A DNA stretch of 64,000 nt from Promethearchaeota archaeon (GTDB lineage: Archaea; Asgardarchaeota; Hermodarchaeia; Hermodarchaeales; Hermodarchaeaceae): assembly GCA_048938385.1 (NCBI GenBank), contig JBHLMG010000012.1, forward strand, positions 1-64,000. Direction: 5' to 3'. The notes beneath the pieces are model-generated. The model did not search any database. It was not told where the DNA came from and worked only from the letters and a program-made list of their open reading frames with translations. Every line of letters starts with the position of its first letter. Position 1 is the first letter of the stretch. Made by a program: the position numbers and the translations under genes. Positions 50,724-59,147 of the stretch are shown piece by piece.

Positions 50724-51146
50724 ATGATGACAACAATGGACAAAATCGAAGACTTTCTTAAACAAATGAACCTGACCTACCGTGTTGTTCCAGAAGAGGA
50801 CCGTATCCTTCTACCCTACCAAATCAAGGACCGACGGTTCATGTTGGTGGTAGACCGAGGAGATAAATGGGTACGCTTTTTCACCATCATCGTAGAGGCC
50901 GCGAACCTCAAGTCTGTCAACAAACTTGACCTATATACAACGCTCCTTGAAGCAAACGGCCAATTGGCTGAAGTAAAATATTTCATTACTGATGAGGGTG
51001 CCGTTGGTGTAATTGGACATGAAGGTATCCAAAACCTAACCTTTGAAGGCTTTCAGGAAGAATACAACGCACTTCCATTTGCGGTATCGTATTTCATTGA
51101 AAATGTTGCACCCAAACTTCAGATTGATGTCCCAGGTATTGAATAA
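50724..51146 (+). CDS. YbjN/T3SS-chaperone-like protein (tandem paralog)
   Basis: LYTTLLEANGQLAEVKYFITDEGAVGVIGHEG. Confidence 0.65.
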   Translation: MMTTMDKIEDFLKQMNLTYRVVPEEDRILLPYQIKDRRFMLVVDRGDKWVRFFTIIVEAANLKSVNKLDLYTTLLEANGQLAEVKYFITDEGAVGVIGHEGIQNLTFEGFQEEYNALPFAVSYFIENVAPKLQIDVPGIE

Positions 51147-51166
51147 ACCCGAAGAATAATAGCGGG

Positions 51167-51961
51167 TTGTTCCTTCACTGCACACAGACGCTTGGCGTGA
51201 TGTGTGCTACCGTGCCTTTCAAGGCTCTATTGATTGATTTTGACAATACCCTTGTTCTCTTCAATGAGGATGAATTCCTCGCTGCCTACGCTAGGCTCGC
51301 CTACCCGTACCTATCGGATTATTTCGATCAATCTACTTTTTTTCAAAAACTCCTTCAATCAACAATCTTCATGATTCATAATGATGGCAGTCAACTCAAC
51401 ATTGAGGCTTTCACGAACAACTTCATAGCTGACACTCCCGCCCTTCACTATGGGGAATGCATTACGCGCTTTCAAACCTTTTACGCTGAAACCTTCCATC
51501 AACTAGGTGCCACGGTTAAGGTGGTTCCTAATGGGCGGGCTCTACTTCAAGGAGTCATCGACGCAGGGATAAAAGTAGTCATTGCCACCAATCCAATTTT
51601 TCCGAAACGAGCCACGGAAATCCGGCTAGGGTGGGCAAACCTCGAAGATTTAGATATCACCTTTACAACACATGCTGAGAATTGCTCCTACTGCAAACCT
51701 AAACTCGAATACTATCAAGCGATTCTTGATGTTCTCGATTATCTTCCGGAAGAATGTGTCATGGCGGGAAACGATGCCATAAGCGATATGGCCGCTTCAG
51801 ACCTCGGGATTAAGACCTTCTTGGTGGATTTGGATCAAGAGAAGGGGCGGTTGGGTCTACTCTCCAAAGAAATTGGTAACTCGGCTAAAAAAAGGGTCAA
51901 ATCCAAATACACTATTGATGCACGAGGGTCCCTTGAAGACCTCAAACAATTCCTATTGTAA
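51167..51961 (+). CDS. HAD-superfamily hydrolase
   Basis: DFDNTL, ATNP, KP, GNDAISD; start uncertain. Confidence 0.85.
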   Translation: MFLHCTQTLGVMCATVPFKALLIDFDNTLVLFNEDEFLAAYARLAYPYLSDYFDQSTFFQKLLQSTIFMIHNDGSQLNIEAFTNNFIADTPALHYGECITRFQTFYAETFHQLGATVKVVPNGRALLQGVIDAGIKVVIATNPIFPKRATEIRLGWANLEDLDITFTTHAENCSYCKPKLEYYQAILDVLDYLPEECVMAGNDAISDMAASDLGIKTFLVDLDQEKGRLGLLSKEIGNSAKKRVKSKYTIDARGSLEDLKQFLL

Positions 51962-51963
51962 TT

Positions 51964-52668
51964 TTGCATGGTGTGGTGATTACGATACCTATTAAACAAC
52001 TCATTGGTGCTGTTCTTTTTGATGTTGATGGTGTAGTTGTTGAAAGTGAACTTCTCCATCTACTCACATTTAACGAGCTTCTTCAACCCTTTGATATTCA
52101 TATCAGTGAATCTGAGTGGAAGACACGGTTTCTTGGTGCGGGCTCAGCAACTGTTATGACGACACTATTCAAAGAACACAGCATTACTCAGGACCCAGCA
52201 CCATGGGTAGATAAACGCCGGGAACTCTATCGGCAGCATGTTGCTCAAGGCGACTTACAACCAGTTCCTGGATTCCTCGATTTCTATCAATCGATCCAAA
52301 AAGCTCATCTTCCTGTCGCCTTTGTTAGTACTGGGCACCCCCTTAGTTTATCTGCTGCTCTTGAACATCTTGGACTTGAAGGAAAACATCCAGTAATTGA
52401 TGTCACAAAAGTAAAGCGGTTGAAACCTGATCCCGAAGCCTATCTGCTTGGTGCTCAAACCCTTCAGGTTCCTCCAAGGCAATGTCTTGTCTTTGAGGAT
52501 TCGCCAATTGGTATCGCTGCTGCAAAATCTGCAGATATGTTATGTGTGGGACTCACTACGACAAATCCCGAAAAAGACCTCAAGAACGCTGATTTGGTTA
52601 TTCAAAACTTTCAAAACTGGACGATTCAAACGATTCTTGATACAATAGGTGGTCAAATAGGGAACTGA
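51964..52668 (+). CDS. HAD-superfamily phosphatase (beta-PGM-like)
   Basis: FDVDGV, VST, KPDP, FEDS. Confidence 0.88.
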   Translation: MHGVVITIPIKQLIGAVLFDVDGVVVESELLHLLTFNELLQPFDIHISESEWKTRFLGAGSATVMTTLFKEHSITQDPAPWVDKRRELYRQHVAQGDLQPVPGFLDFYQSIQKAHLPVAFVSTGHPLSLSAALEHLGLEGKHPVIDVTKVKRLKPDPEAYLLGAQTLQVPPRQCLVFEDSPIGIAAAKSADMLCVGLTTTNPEKDLKNADLVIQNFQNWTIQTILDTIGGQIGN

Positions 52669-52680
52669 GGTTCTGGTTTC

Positions 52681-54150
52681 TCATTCTGCATAGCGTTTAA
52701 TTCCCTTCAACCGGCAGACTTCATGTACAATCATCTCTAGGATCTTATCATCACTTTTTATACCGGGTGGTGAATCAACGATTTTACTCAGTTGGAGAGG
52801 AATCCCATCCATCCGGTAAGCGGTTTGTATACCATCGGCTTCAATTCCCACATACGATGATGGTAACGCAACATCTGCAATTTCTGTGGTCGCACACCGC
52901 TTTGGGTCGAGAACAATGACGGGTATCTTCATCATGTGTTTTACTGCGGCGGATGGGAATGAAGCTGCTGGGTCTGCAGCAATTGCAAAGACAGCGTCAG
53001 CCTCACCGCGCACTAGAATGTCTACAGCGCTTGTTTCTCCTGGCATATAGTAGGGAGCACCATGTTCTAGACTCACCGAAAAGGGATATCCGTAAGTCCA
53101 TGTGGAAACATGGTTAGAACCTGTCACATTAAAGTGACCACGCATTGGCATAATCACGGCTTTAGTGTAATGGTTCAAATCAGCGGTTAAATCAATAGCT
53201 GCAATAACATTGTGGTCTTTACCGTGGGTTTGGGTTAACCCAAGCCCAAAGAAAATCGTAGTAAATTGTGCGTTCTTCAAATCAGCAACAAACTCTCGGA
53301 TTTGGCGCATAGGTACTCCCGCTACTTCCGACGCTTGTAGTTCCTTGCCTCGAAGAAGGGCTCGTACTGCTTGGAGTAGCTCATAATCTTTGTTAGGTTC
53401 AACAATAATGGAATTTGTTACCTGGTCTGTAAACCGAGTCGGTCGCACATCGATGTGGTAAACTTTTCGATCTTCTACTTGACGGAACAAACCTTCAATG
53501 AATTGAGAATACCGACGCGTATGGCGTGGGTGTGCAGCAATTGGGTTGCACCCCCAATAGACGATCATATCGGAGTAGTTCTTGATTTTTCCCAGCGTGC
53601 ATGTTCCGATACCAACCCGCTGAACCGCTTCGATTCCAGGTCCATGGCATACTGATGATGTATTATCCACAACTGCACCTGATACTTCTGCGAGTTCAAG
53701 GGCTCTTACATTAGCCTCATTTGAAGTGCTTGCTAAACCGTAAATCAATGGCCGTTTAGCCTGGGCAAGTATTTTTGCTGCGGTCTTCACAGCTTCCTCT
53801 AGGGAAACTTGCTTGACCTCAGATTTATTCGGACCCGTTCGGAGTTCAGGTTTATAGATTCGGTATTCATCACGCACTTTCAAGAACTTCGTATGACCAA
53901 TCCGACACGCGTTCAGCGCTTCAACAATAGTACCTTCTGGAACTCGAGGTAGGGGACCAGTCATAGTAACCGCTACTTCGATGTCATCACACAGGCAGCC
54001 GCTATGGCTGTGTACACTATTTAGTGTCCACACATGCCACGGCTAGACAGGATGTCTATACCTGAATGGGCAGATGACATGCTTGATGACACGAGCTCGC
54101 GGAGTCGATAGGATCCCATCAGCGTCGCCTCGATGTGCATTGGAGTCCAT
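52681..54150 (-). CDS. fwdB: Formylmethanofuran dehydrogenase subunit B, split: join(54150..54064, 54034, 54002..52681), 469 aa after splicing
   Basis: Exon 1 ends VIKHVICPF; the downstream part has GCLCDDIEV, NACRIG, SSVCHGP, WGCNP..AHPRH, MRGHFNV, TAYRMDG; RBS GGGAG before the ATG at 54150. Confidence 0.92.
54003..54033 (-). other. BHB-type mRNA intron B (31 nt) in fwdB
   Basis: Outer helix UAGCCG/CGGCUG, central helix UGGC/GCCA, bulges AU^G and UA^G, intron stem UGUG-G-ACACU/AGUGU-A-CACA. Confidence 0.85.
54035..54063 (-). other. BHB-type mRNA intron A (29 nt) in fwdB
   Basis: Central helix CCAU/GUGG, bulges UC^A and CA^U, intron stem GGU(A)UAGACA/UGUCUAGCC; contains an in-frame UAG. Confidence 0.82.
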
Positions 54151-54310
54151 AACTCCCACTATTCCAAGGGTACAGATATAAAATGTTAGTTTCCACCAGG
54201 TTGCAACTTCCCTGTCGCTTTCGACAATTAAAAAACTGGTTGTGAAGCTGGGAGGTGCTTGGCAACCATACTCAAAGAATATCGATTACAGTTAATCGAG
54301 CTAGCAATTC

Positions 54311-56506
54311 TTAGGGAACTAGAACTGAAAGAAGTCCGCTTAGTCCAAGGTTTAAGGCAAAGATCAAAGGGAGGAAGAGCGTAGCTGTCAATGAAATCAC
54401 AGTCAATAGTGTATTAATGGATGGACCTGCAGTATCCTTGAAAGGGTCCCCGATAGTATCGCCTGTGATTGCGGCCGCATGGATATCACGATAGTTAGGT
54501 TTTTCGTGATCGTATTCAGGAGATTCGATGAATTTTTTCGTATTGTCCCAAGCTCCACCTGCATTATCCATAAACAGGGCTAAGATTAAACCTGTGATTA
54601 CAGCCCCGGCTAAGTATGCAGCAAGAGCTTCTAGACCCAAAATGGCACCGGTAACGATAGTAACAAGTATGGCTATCACGGTTGCAGGTAGCAGTTCCCG
54701 TAAAGCACCACTAGTTGCGATCTTTATCCCCCGCTCATAATCTGGAGATTTCGTTCCATCTAAAATCCCGGGTTGCTCTCGAAATTGCCGTCGAATTTCG
54801 TGGATGAGTTTATCAGCATTCTTTTGGACGCCCAGAATCAGCGTTGCAGAGAATGCAGCTGGGAGCATTCCACCAATCAGAGCACCTGCGAGGACGACAG
54901 GATTCAACAAATCAATGAAGATAGCTCCTCCTGTTAGGTTTGCGGCAAGTTCAACATAGGCGGCAAAAAGGGCGATGACTGTAAACCCTGTAGCACCTAT
55001 GGCAAAACCCTTCGTGATGGCCTTTGTTGTATTACCTAGGGCGTCAAGCCGGTCACACGCCTCAATTGCTTCCTTGGATGATCCCGCTTGTTCGATAATT
55101 CCGCGAGCGTTATCAACGATAGGACCATACGCATCCGAGCTAACAACTAGTCCATTGGTTGCTAAGAGGCCTACAGCGGCGATTGCTACAGAGAACACAC
55201 CACCATACCAAAATCCGATTGGTCCTGGAATCGGAATCAAGACTCCAAGGTAAAAAGACGCAACGAGGGCAACTACAATACCGATGATTGAAGGAATCGT
55301 GCTCAATAGTCCGTACGAATAGCCAGACAACACAAGGGTCGCTGGACTTGTTTCTGAGGCTCTGACCATGCTTTGTACTGGTTGTATACATCCCGCGCCA
55401 TAGTCGCTGGTGAAGACATCAGATACAAATCCAATAAGTACTCCGGCGAGGAGTCCAAGAACGCCAGAAATTGGAATGACAATGGGTAGTTGTAACAGAA
55501 CTAGAACAACCACAACAAGAATTCCAAACAATCCTGTGGCTAAGTAGGTGCCATGGTTAAGGGAACAATTCGCATCACAATAATCATGGGTTCGTACGCC
55601 AAAGACACCTATCACTGAAGCGATCGAACCAAGCGTCGCAATGATAAGAGGAATCATACCATAGGGAATTAAGGTGTAGATTCCATTTGAAATGAGAATT
55701 GCGTCAATACCTGCACCCAAGATTGCCGCTGCTAAGATTGCTGCAATGTTACTATCAAAGATATCAGCACCTGTTCCTGCCACATCGCCCACATTATCGC
55801 CTACAGCATCTGCAATTGTCGCAGGATTGCGTGGATCGTCTTCAGGGATATTCTGTTCGATTTTCCCAACTACATCTGCAGCAACATCTGCAGTTTTCGT
55901 ATAAATTCCACCACCTGCTCGAGCAAATAAGGCAATACTACTTGCCCCAAAGGAAAATCCTGCAATGATTTCCCAAAGTGCCACTGGTGGGAGCCAAAAG
56001 AAGAGAACATTCCACGCTAAGTAGAGTCCTGCAATTCCAATAAGGGCTAAACCGCTTATAATTAAACCCATAACGGATCCTGCACGAAATGAAACCCGGA
56101 ACGCTGGATTCACTCCACCTACCGCTGCTGCAGCGGCTGTACGTCGGTTTGCTCGTGTAGCAACAAACATGCCTACATACCCCGCTATCATACTGGAAAA
56201 TGCACCGATAGCAAAGGAGATTGCTACAACCACTGCCAATGAAACGAGACCAGATCCACTCGGACTGAACTGAGCCAAAAGCTCAGACAATGCAATGATG
56301 ATTCCCATGATCACTACGAATACGGTGAGAACTCGGTATTGAATGCTTAGAAAGGATTTAGCTCCTTCCTCAATGAGCTTGCTAACTTTCTTCATTTGAG
56401 CATTCCCCTCATCCGCTTTCATGACTAATCGAAAGAAGATGAAGGCAACAAGAATAGCAACAATCCCTGTGAAGATTGAAACGGCTAGGATTGATATTGG
56501 AACCAT
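54311..56506 (-). CDS. hppA: Membrane-bound H+-translocating pyrophosphatase (K+-independent signature)
   Basis: GGGIYTKTAD, IPEDDPRNPA, GDNVGD, YGPIVDNA, GNTTKA, GGAWDN, GDPFKDTAGP. Confidence 0.93.
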   Translation of the reverse strand: MVPISILAVSIFTGIVAILVAFIFFRLVMKADEGNAQMKKVSKLIEEGAKSFLSIQYRVLTVFVVIMGIIIALSELLAQFSPSGSGLVSLAVVVAISFAIGAFSSMIAGYVGMFVATRANRRTAAAAAVGGVNPAFRVSFRAGSVMGLIISGLALIGIAGLYLAWNVLFFWLPPVALWEIIAGFSFGASSIALFARAGGGIYTKTADVAADVVGKIEQNIPEDDPRNPATIADAVGDNVGDVAGTGADIFDSNIAAILAAAILGAGIDAILISNGIYTLIPYGMIPLIIATLGSIASVIGVFGVRTHDYCDANCSLNHGTYLATGLFGILVVVVLVLLQLPIVIPISGVLGLLAGVLIGFVSDVFTSDYGAGCIQPVQSMVRASETSPATLVLSGYSYGLLSTIPSIIGIVVALVASFYLGVLIPIPGPIGFWYGGVFSVAIAAVGLLATNGLVVSSDAYGPIVDNARGIIEQAGSSKEAIEACDRLDALGNTTKAITKGFAIGATGFTVIALFAAYVELAANLTGGAIFIDLLNPVVLAGALIGGMLPAAFSATLILGVQKNADKLIHEIRRQFREQPGILDGTKSPDYERGIKIATSGALRELLPATVIAILVTIVTGAILGLEALAAYLAGAVITGLILALFMDNAGGAWDNTKKFIESPEYDHEKPNYRDIHAAAITGDTIGDPFKDTAGPSINTLLTVISLTATLFLPLIFALNLGLSGLLSVLVP

Positions 56507-56536
56507 TCTTCTTCCCCAACTTTACGAGCCAGGATG

Positions 56537-56938
56537 CTATGTTGGTGTACTACTGCGCATTTCAGTAAAAAGCTCCCTTAAGCTCAACACCGCCTTATCC
56601 GGGGCAGGTTTCACGGTGGCAGGTAGGCCTTTCATTGTGGGCATACCAGTGCTGTCGGTATCTCCACCAATAAGGCAGTTAGCCCAGGGTCCGTAGGGAA
56701 CAAATCCTATACCCACACTAGGTCGCGGGGCTTCTTCTGCACGAAGAACCACGCTTCCATATTGAGTGGTAACCTCAACAACATCACCGGGTTCGATCTT
56801 CAATTTTTCCATGTCCTTCAGATCAAGGCGAATCTGGGTGGTTGCTTCTTCATAGATATCACTGAGTTTTCCCGCTTCAAGTCCTACGCCTTGTCGACGG
56901 GTTCGACCGGTCAATAATAAAATCTTTAGGACAGACAT
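56537..56938 (-). CDS. fwdD: Formylmethanofuran dehydrogenase subunit D
   Basis: LLTGRT..QG..GK, FVPYGPWAN, TDSTGMPTMKG. Confidence 0.93.
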   Translation of the reverse strand: MSVLKILLLTGRTRRQGVGLEAGKLSDIYEEATTQIRLDLKDMEKLKIEPGDVVEVTTQYGSVVLRAEEAPRPSVGIGFVPYGPWANCLIGGDTDSTGMPTMKGLPATVKPAPDKAVLSLRELFTEMRSSTPT

Positions 56939-57038
56939 TCGACGACAGCACTCCGCAACTGGTGGCAACCGAATAACTAGGACCTTTAATAAATTTCTTC
57001 CTGAAGCACCGCCTGGTTGGAATTCTCAAGGTCCACTG

Positions 57039-58103
57039 TTATGTAGTGGGTATTCGGATAATCCAGCCCTGAGTAGCTAGCGTTCCCACCACCACTTGAT
57101 TGCGAAGGAGGTTTCCATCCGCATCACGCACGGCCTCTGCGGTTCCCCGGATCCGGACACGGTCCCCCTCATTGAATACAGAAGAAAAAATACCTTCAAA
57201 TGATGTCACCTCAGTGAGCGCAGGTAATTCGACATCTCCCTCCTCAATAGTTATATCACCGACTAAATATCGGGCAGGAACGAAGAGATTATCCCTACTC
57301 TCAATAATGGTAGCGGTTACCTCAACCGTCTCAATGGCCGAGTACATTTCTCGACCATACTGGTTCATGATTTCAGCATCCGTTCGTACCGGACTAATGG
57401 AAAAAACAGTCTGGTCAAATCGACCTCTTTGCCAAAAGGACCAGGCAATAGACTCTGAATACTTAGATGGAATACCAAGAGTGTTTACTTGGCGTTGCTG
57501 CCATCCTTGAATCTCTTCCGGAGAGTATGGTTTTACCTTATTTTCACCAAACAGATCATCCATAGCGTTTCGCAATTGATGAGCGTTTTCTCGTCCATAT
57601 ACAAGTAAATCAATGTCTGAAAACATTGGGTTATGCAAATCCAACAGCAAGGAACCAGTGATGCCAAACCGGTTTTCGGGCACCCCACTCTCTTCCGATA
57701 GCAAAGTTACCAAGGAGCTGGTCTTTGACTCTAACGGGTCCTGTGGGTTCCGGATAATTTCAGCTAATCGAACTTCTGGCAGGTAGTATGCAATAAGGTT
57801 CTTCCAAGGAACGAGAGGTAATTCGAATCCTCGTACTCGATCCAAAGCGACATAGTCGGGGTAATGCTCACGAAGCCAATTGGCACTGTTCTGAACCTCT
57901 GCGGCGCTATACACTTGCATCATTCGACGATACCGTATACCATTGCGTTCCCAGCGTCCCTCTGAATCTGGACGGTACTTCAAGTAAACAGTGTAGGCAT
58001 CTGGAGGGTGAAGATACCCTACTACTGTGAAGAGTAATCCTTCTTTGGTTTCGACAAAGTCTTTGTCCTTCGGGTGGCGCGACACCGCAGGGTTCACAAC
58101 CAC
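57039..58103 (-). CDS. Predicted nucleotidyltransferase (COG1665-like)
   Basis: DFVET.EGL.F.V.GYLHPP, GITGSLL..SDIDLLVYG, C-terminal OB-like region. Confidence 0.8.
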   Translation of the reverse strand: MVVNPAVSRHPKDKDFVETKEGLLFTVVGYLHPPDAYTVYLKYRPDSEGRWERNGIRYRRMMQVYSAAEVQNSANWLREHYPDYVALDRVRGFELPLVPWKNLIAYYLPEVRLAEIIRNPQDPLESKTSSLVTLLSEESGVPENRFGITGSLLLDLHNPMFSDIDLLVYGRENAHQLRNAMDDLFGENKVKPYSPEEIQGWQQRQVNTLGIPSKYSESIAWSFWQRGRFDQTVFSISPVRTDAEIMNQYGREMYSAIETVEVTATIIESRDNLFVPARYLVGDITIEEGDVELPALTEVTSFEGIFSSVFNEGDRVRIRGTAEAVRDADGNLLRNQVVVGTLATQGWIIRIPTT

Positions 58104-58107
58104 CTAC

Positions 58108-59133
58108 TCAAAGGAGGTATCTTGGTAATAAGATATCCGTTGGCTGTTCACCTAATACAAAGCGTGACCAACGCTCCTTACCTGCATGTACTAACTCGAT
58201 TATCCCTTGAACCACAACACGGTCATCTTGTCTTACCTGTTCAGTAAAACGACCCCGAAAACTCACGATTTCACGAAGATTCTCCTCTTGAGCTCCTTCA
58301 ATCCATTCCACATCGTCAACTTCATATCGACAAGGAGTGAAAAGGCTGTCCCGATGGTTGACAATGCGACAAAACGCTCGAGCAGGACCAACCTGTTGGT
58401 ATGTTCGATCCCCATAGCGCTCTTCTAGCTCATCCCAATTAAGCACGGCTCGTACAAAGTAATGCCGATGCCCAATAAGACCATGCATGGCTTTTGGTCC
58501 ATCTATTGTGAGCATGGTGTTCAGTGGAACTCCCGTGCGCAACCAACGAAGTTCGTAAATCGGGCGATAGTTATTCAATAGATATCCTTTGATGTTGCTG
58601 TCTTCTGCCAAACGAATTCGTTGTAAAGCAAGCTGGACAGCTTGACTTGCTCGGCGTCCATAAACAATCAAATCAATATCAGACTCAGGTCCGTGTAATC
58701 CAATTTGGACGCTTCCTGATACACCCAAATCTCCAGCTTTAATCCGTGCTTCTCGCTGAAGCCTATTAGCAAATCCAACGATTACTTGTTCTAAGGGGTC
58801 ACGCTTAGATTTTTGCCTTAAATATTGGAGTTGTTCAACAGGTTGATACAGCTGTTGAATCCGATTTATCGGAACACCTTGAAGTTCACGCCCTGCAACA
58901 GGGTCGACAAAGAGATAATGGGGAAATTGTTGTTGCAGGAGGTTGAAGCGCTCAGCTAAATCATATACTTTCGCGTAGGTGGTGCCCTCTCTCACACGAG
59001 TGCCTTGTAAACTCGGATAGTAACGGAGGAACGCAATGGCCCGGTCGGGTGGATGCACTACACCTTTCACATCAAAAATTAATCCTTCCGGCGTCTCGAT
59101 GAAATCGCCTTCTCGGACTCTCAATTGCTTCAC
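58108..59133 (-). CDS. Predicted nucleotidyltransferase (COG1665-like, tandem paralog)
   Basis: REGDFIET.EGLIFDVKG..HPP, GVSGS..SDIDLIVYG. Confidence 0.8.
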   Translation of the reverse strand: MKQLRVREGDFIETPEGLIFDVKGVVHPPDRAIAFLRYYPSLQGTRVREGTTYAKVYDLAERFNLLQQQFPHYLFVDPVAGRELQGVPINRIQQLYQPVEQLQYLRQKSKRDPLEQVIVGFANRLQREARIKAGDLGVSGSVQIGLHGPESDIDLIVYGRRASQAVQLALQRIRLAEDSNIKGYLLNNYRPIYELRWLRTGVPLNTMLTIDGPKAMHGLIGHRHYFVRAVLNWDELEERYGDRTYQQVGPARAFCRIVNHRDSLFTPCRYEVDDVEWIEGAQEENLREIVSFRGRFTEQVRQDDRVVVQGIIELVHAGKERWSRFVLGEQPTDILLPRYLL

Positions 59134-59147
59134 AAGCGTTTCCCTCC

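Noticed and set aside
53930-53970. Third intron in fwdB (extra TMTGPLPRVPEG loop, CTGG/CCAG pairing)
   Set aside because: No flanking helices, and BHB-rule cuts would remove 20 nt and cause a frameshift; probably a protein loop.
52681-54033. fwdB as a pseudogene, or starting at GTG 54033
   Set aside because: The rest of the gene is intact, exon 1 has an RBS and the conserved residues, and the GTG is the first codon of intron B.
54043-54045. TAG read-through (pyrrolysine) in fwdB
   Set aside because: It would leave a 20-aa insertion inside the CxxC motif and still lack the second Cys.
54002-54061. The fwdB insertion read as one spliceosomal-type intron (AG|GTATAG..CACTAAAT..CATAG|C, 60 nt)
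   Set aside because: Striking GT-AG resemblance, but removal gives CPFSGCLC and loses a cluster Cys. No spliceosome is known in archaea, and the double BHB explains every nucleotide. The junction sequence (TTCAGCGGC versus TTCTGCGGC) would discriminate.
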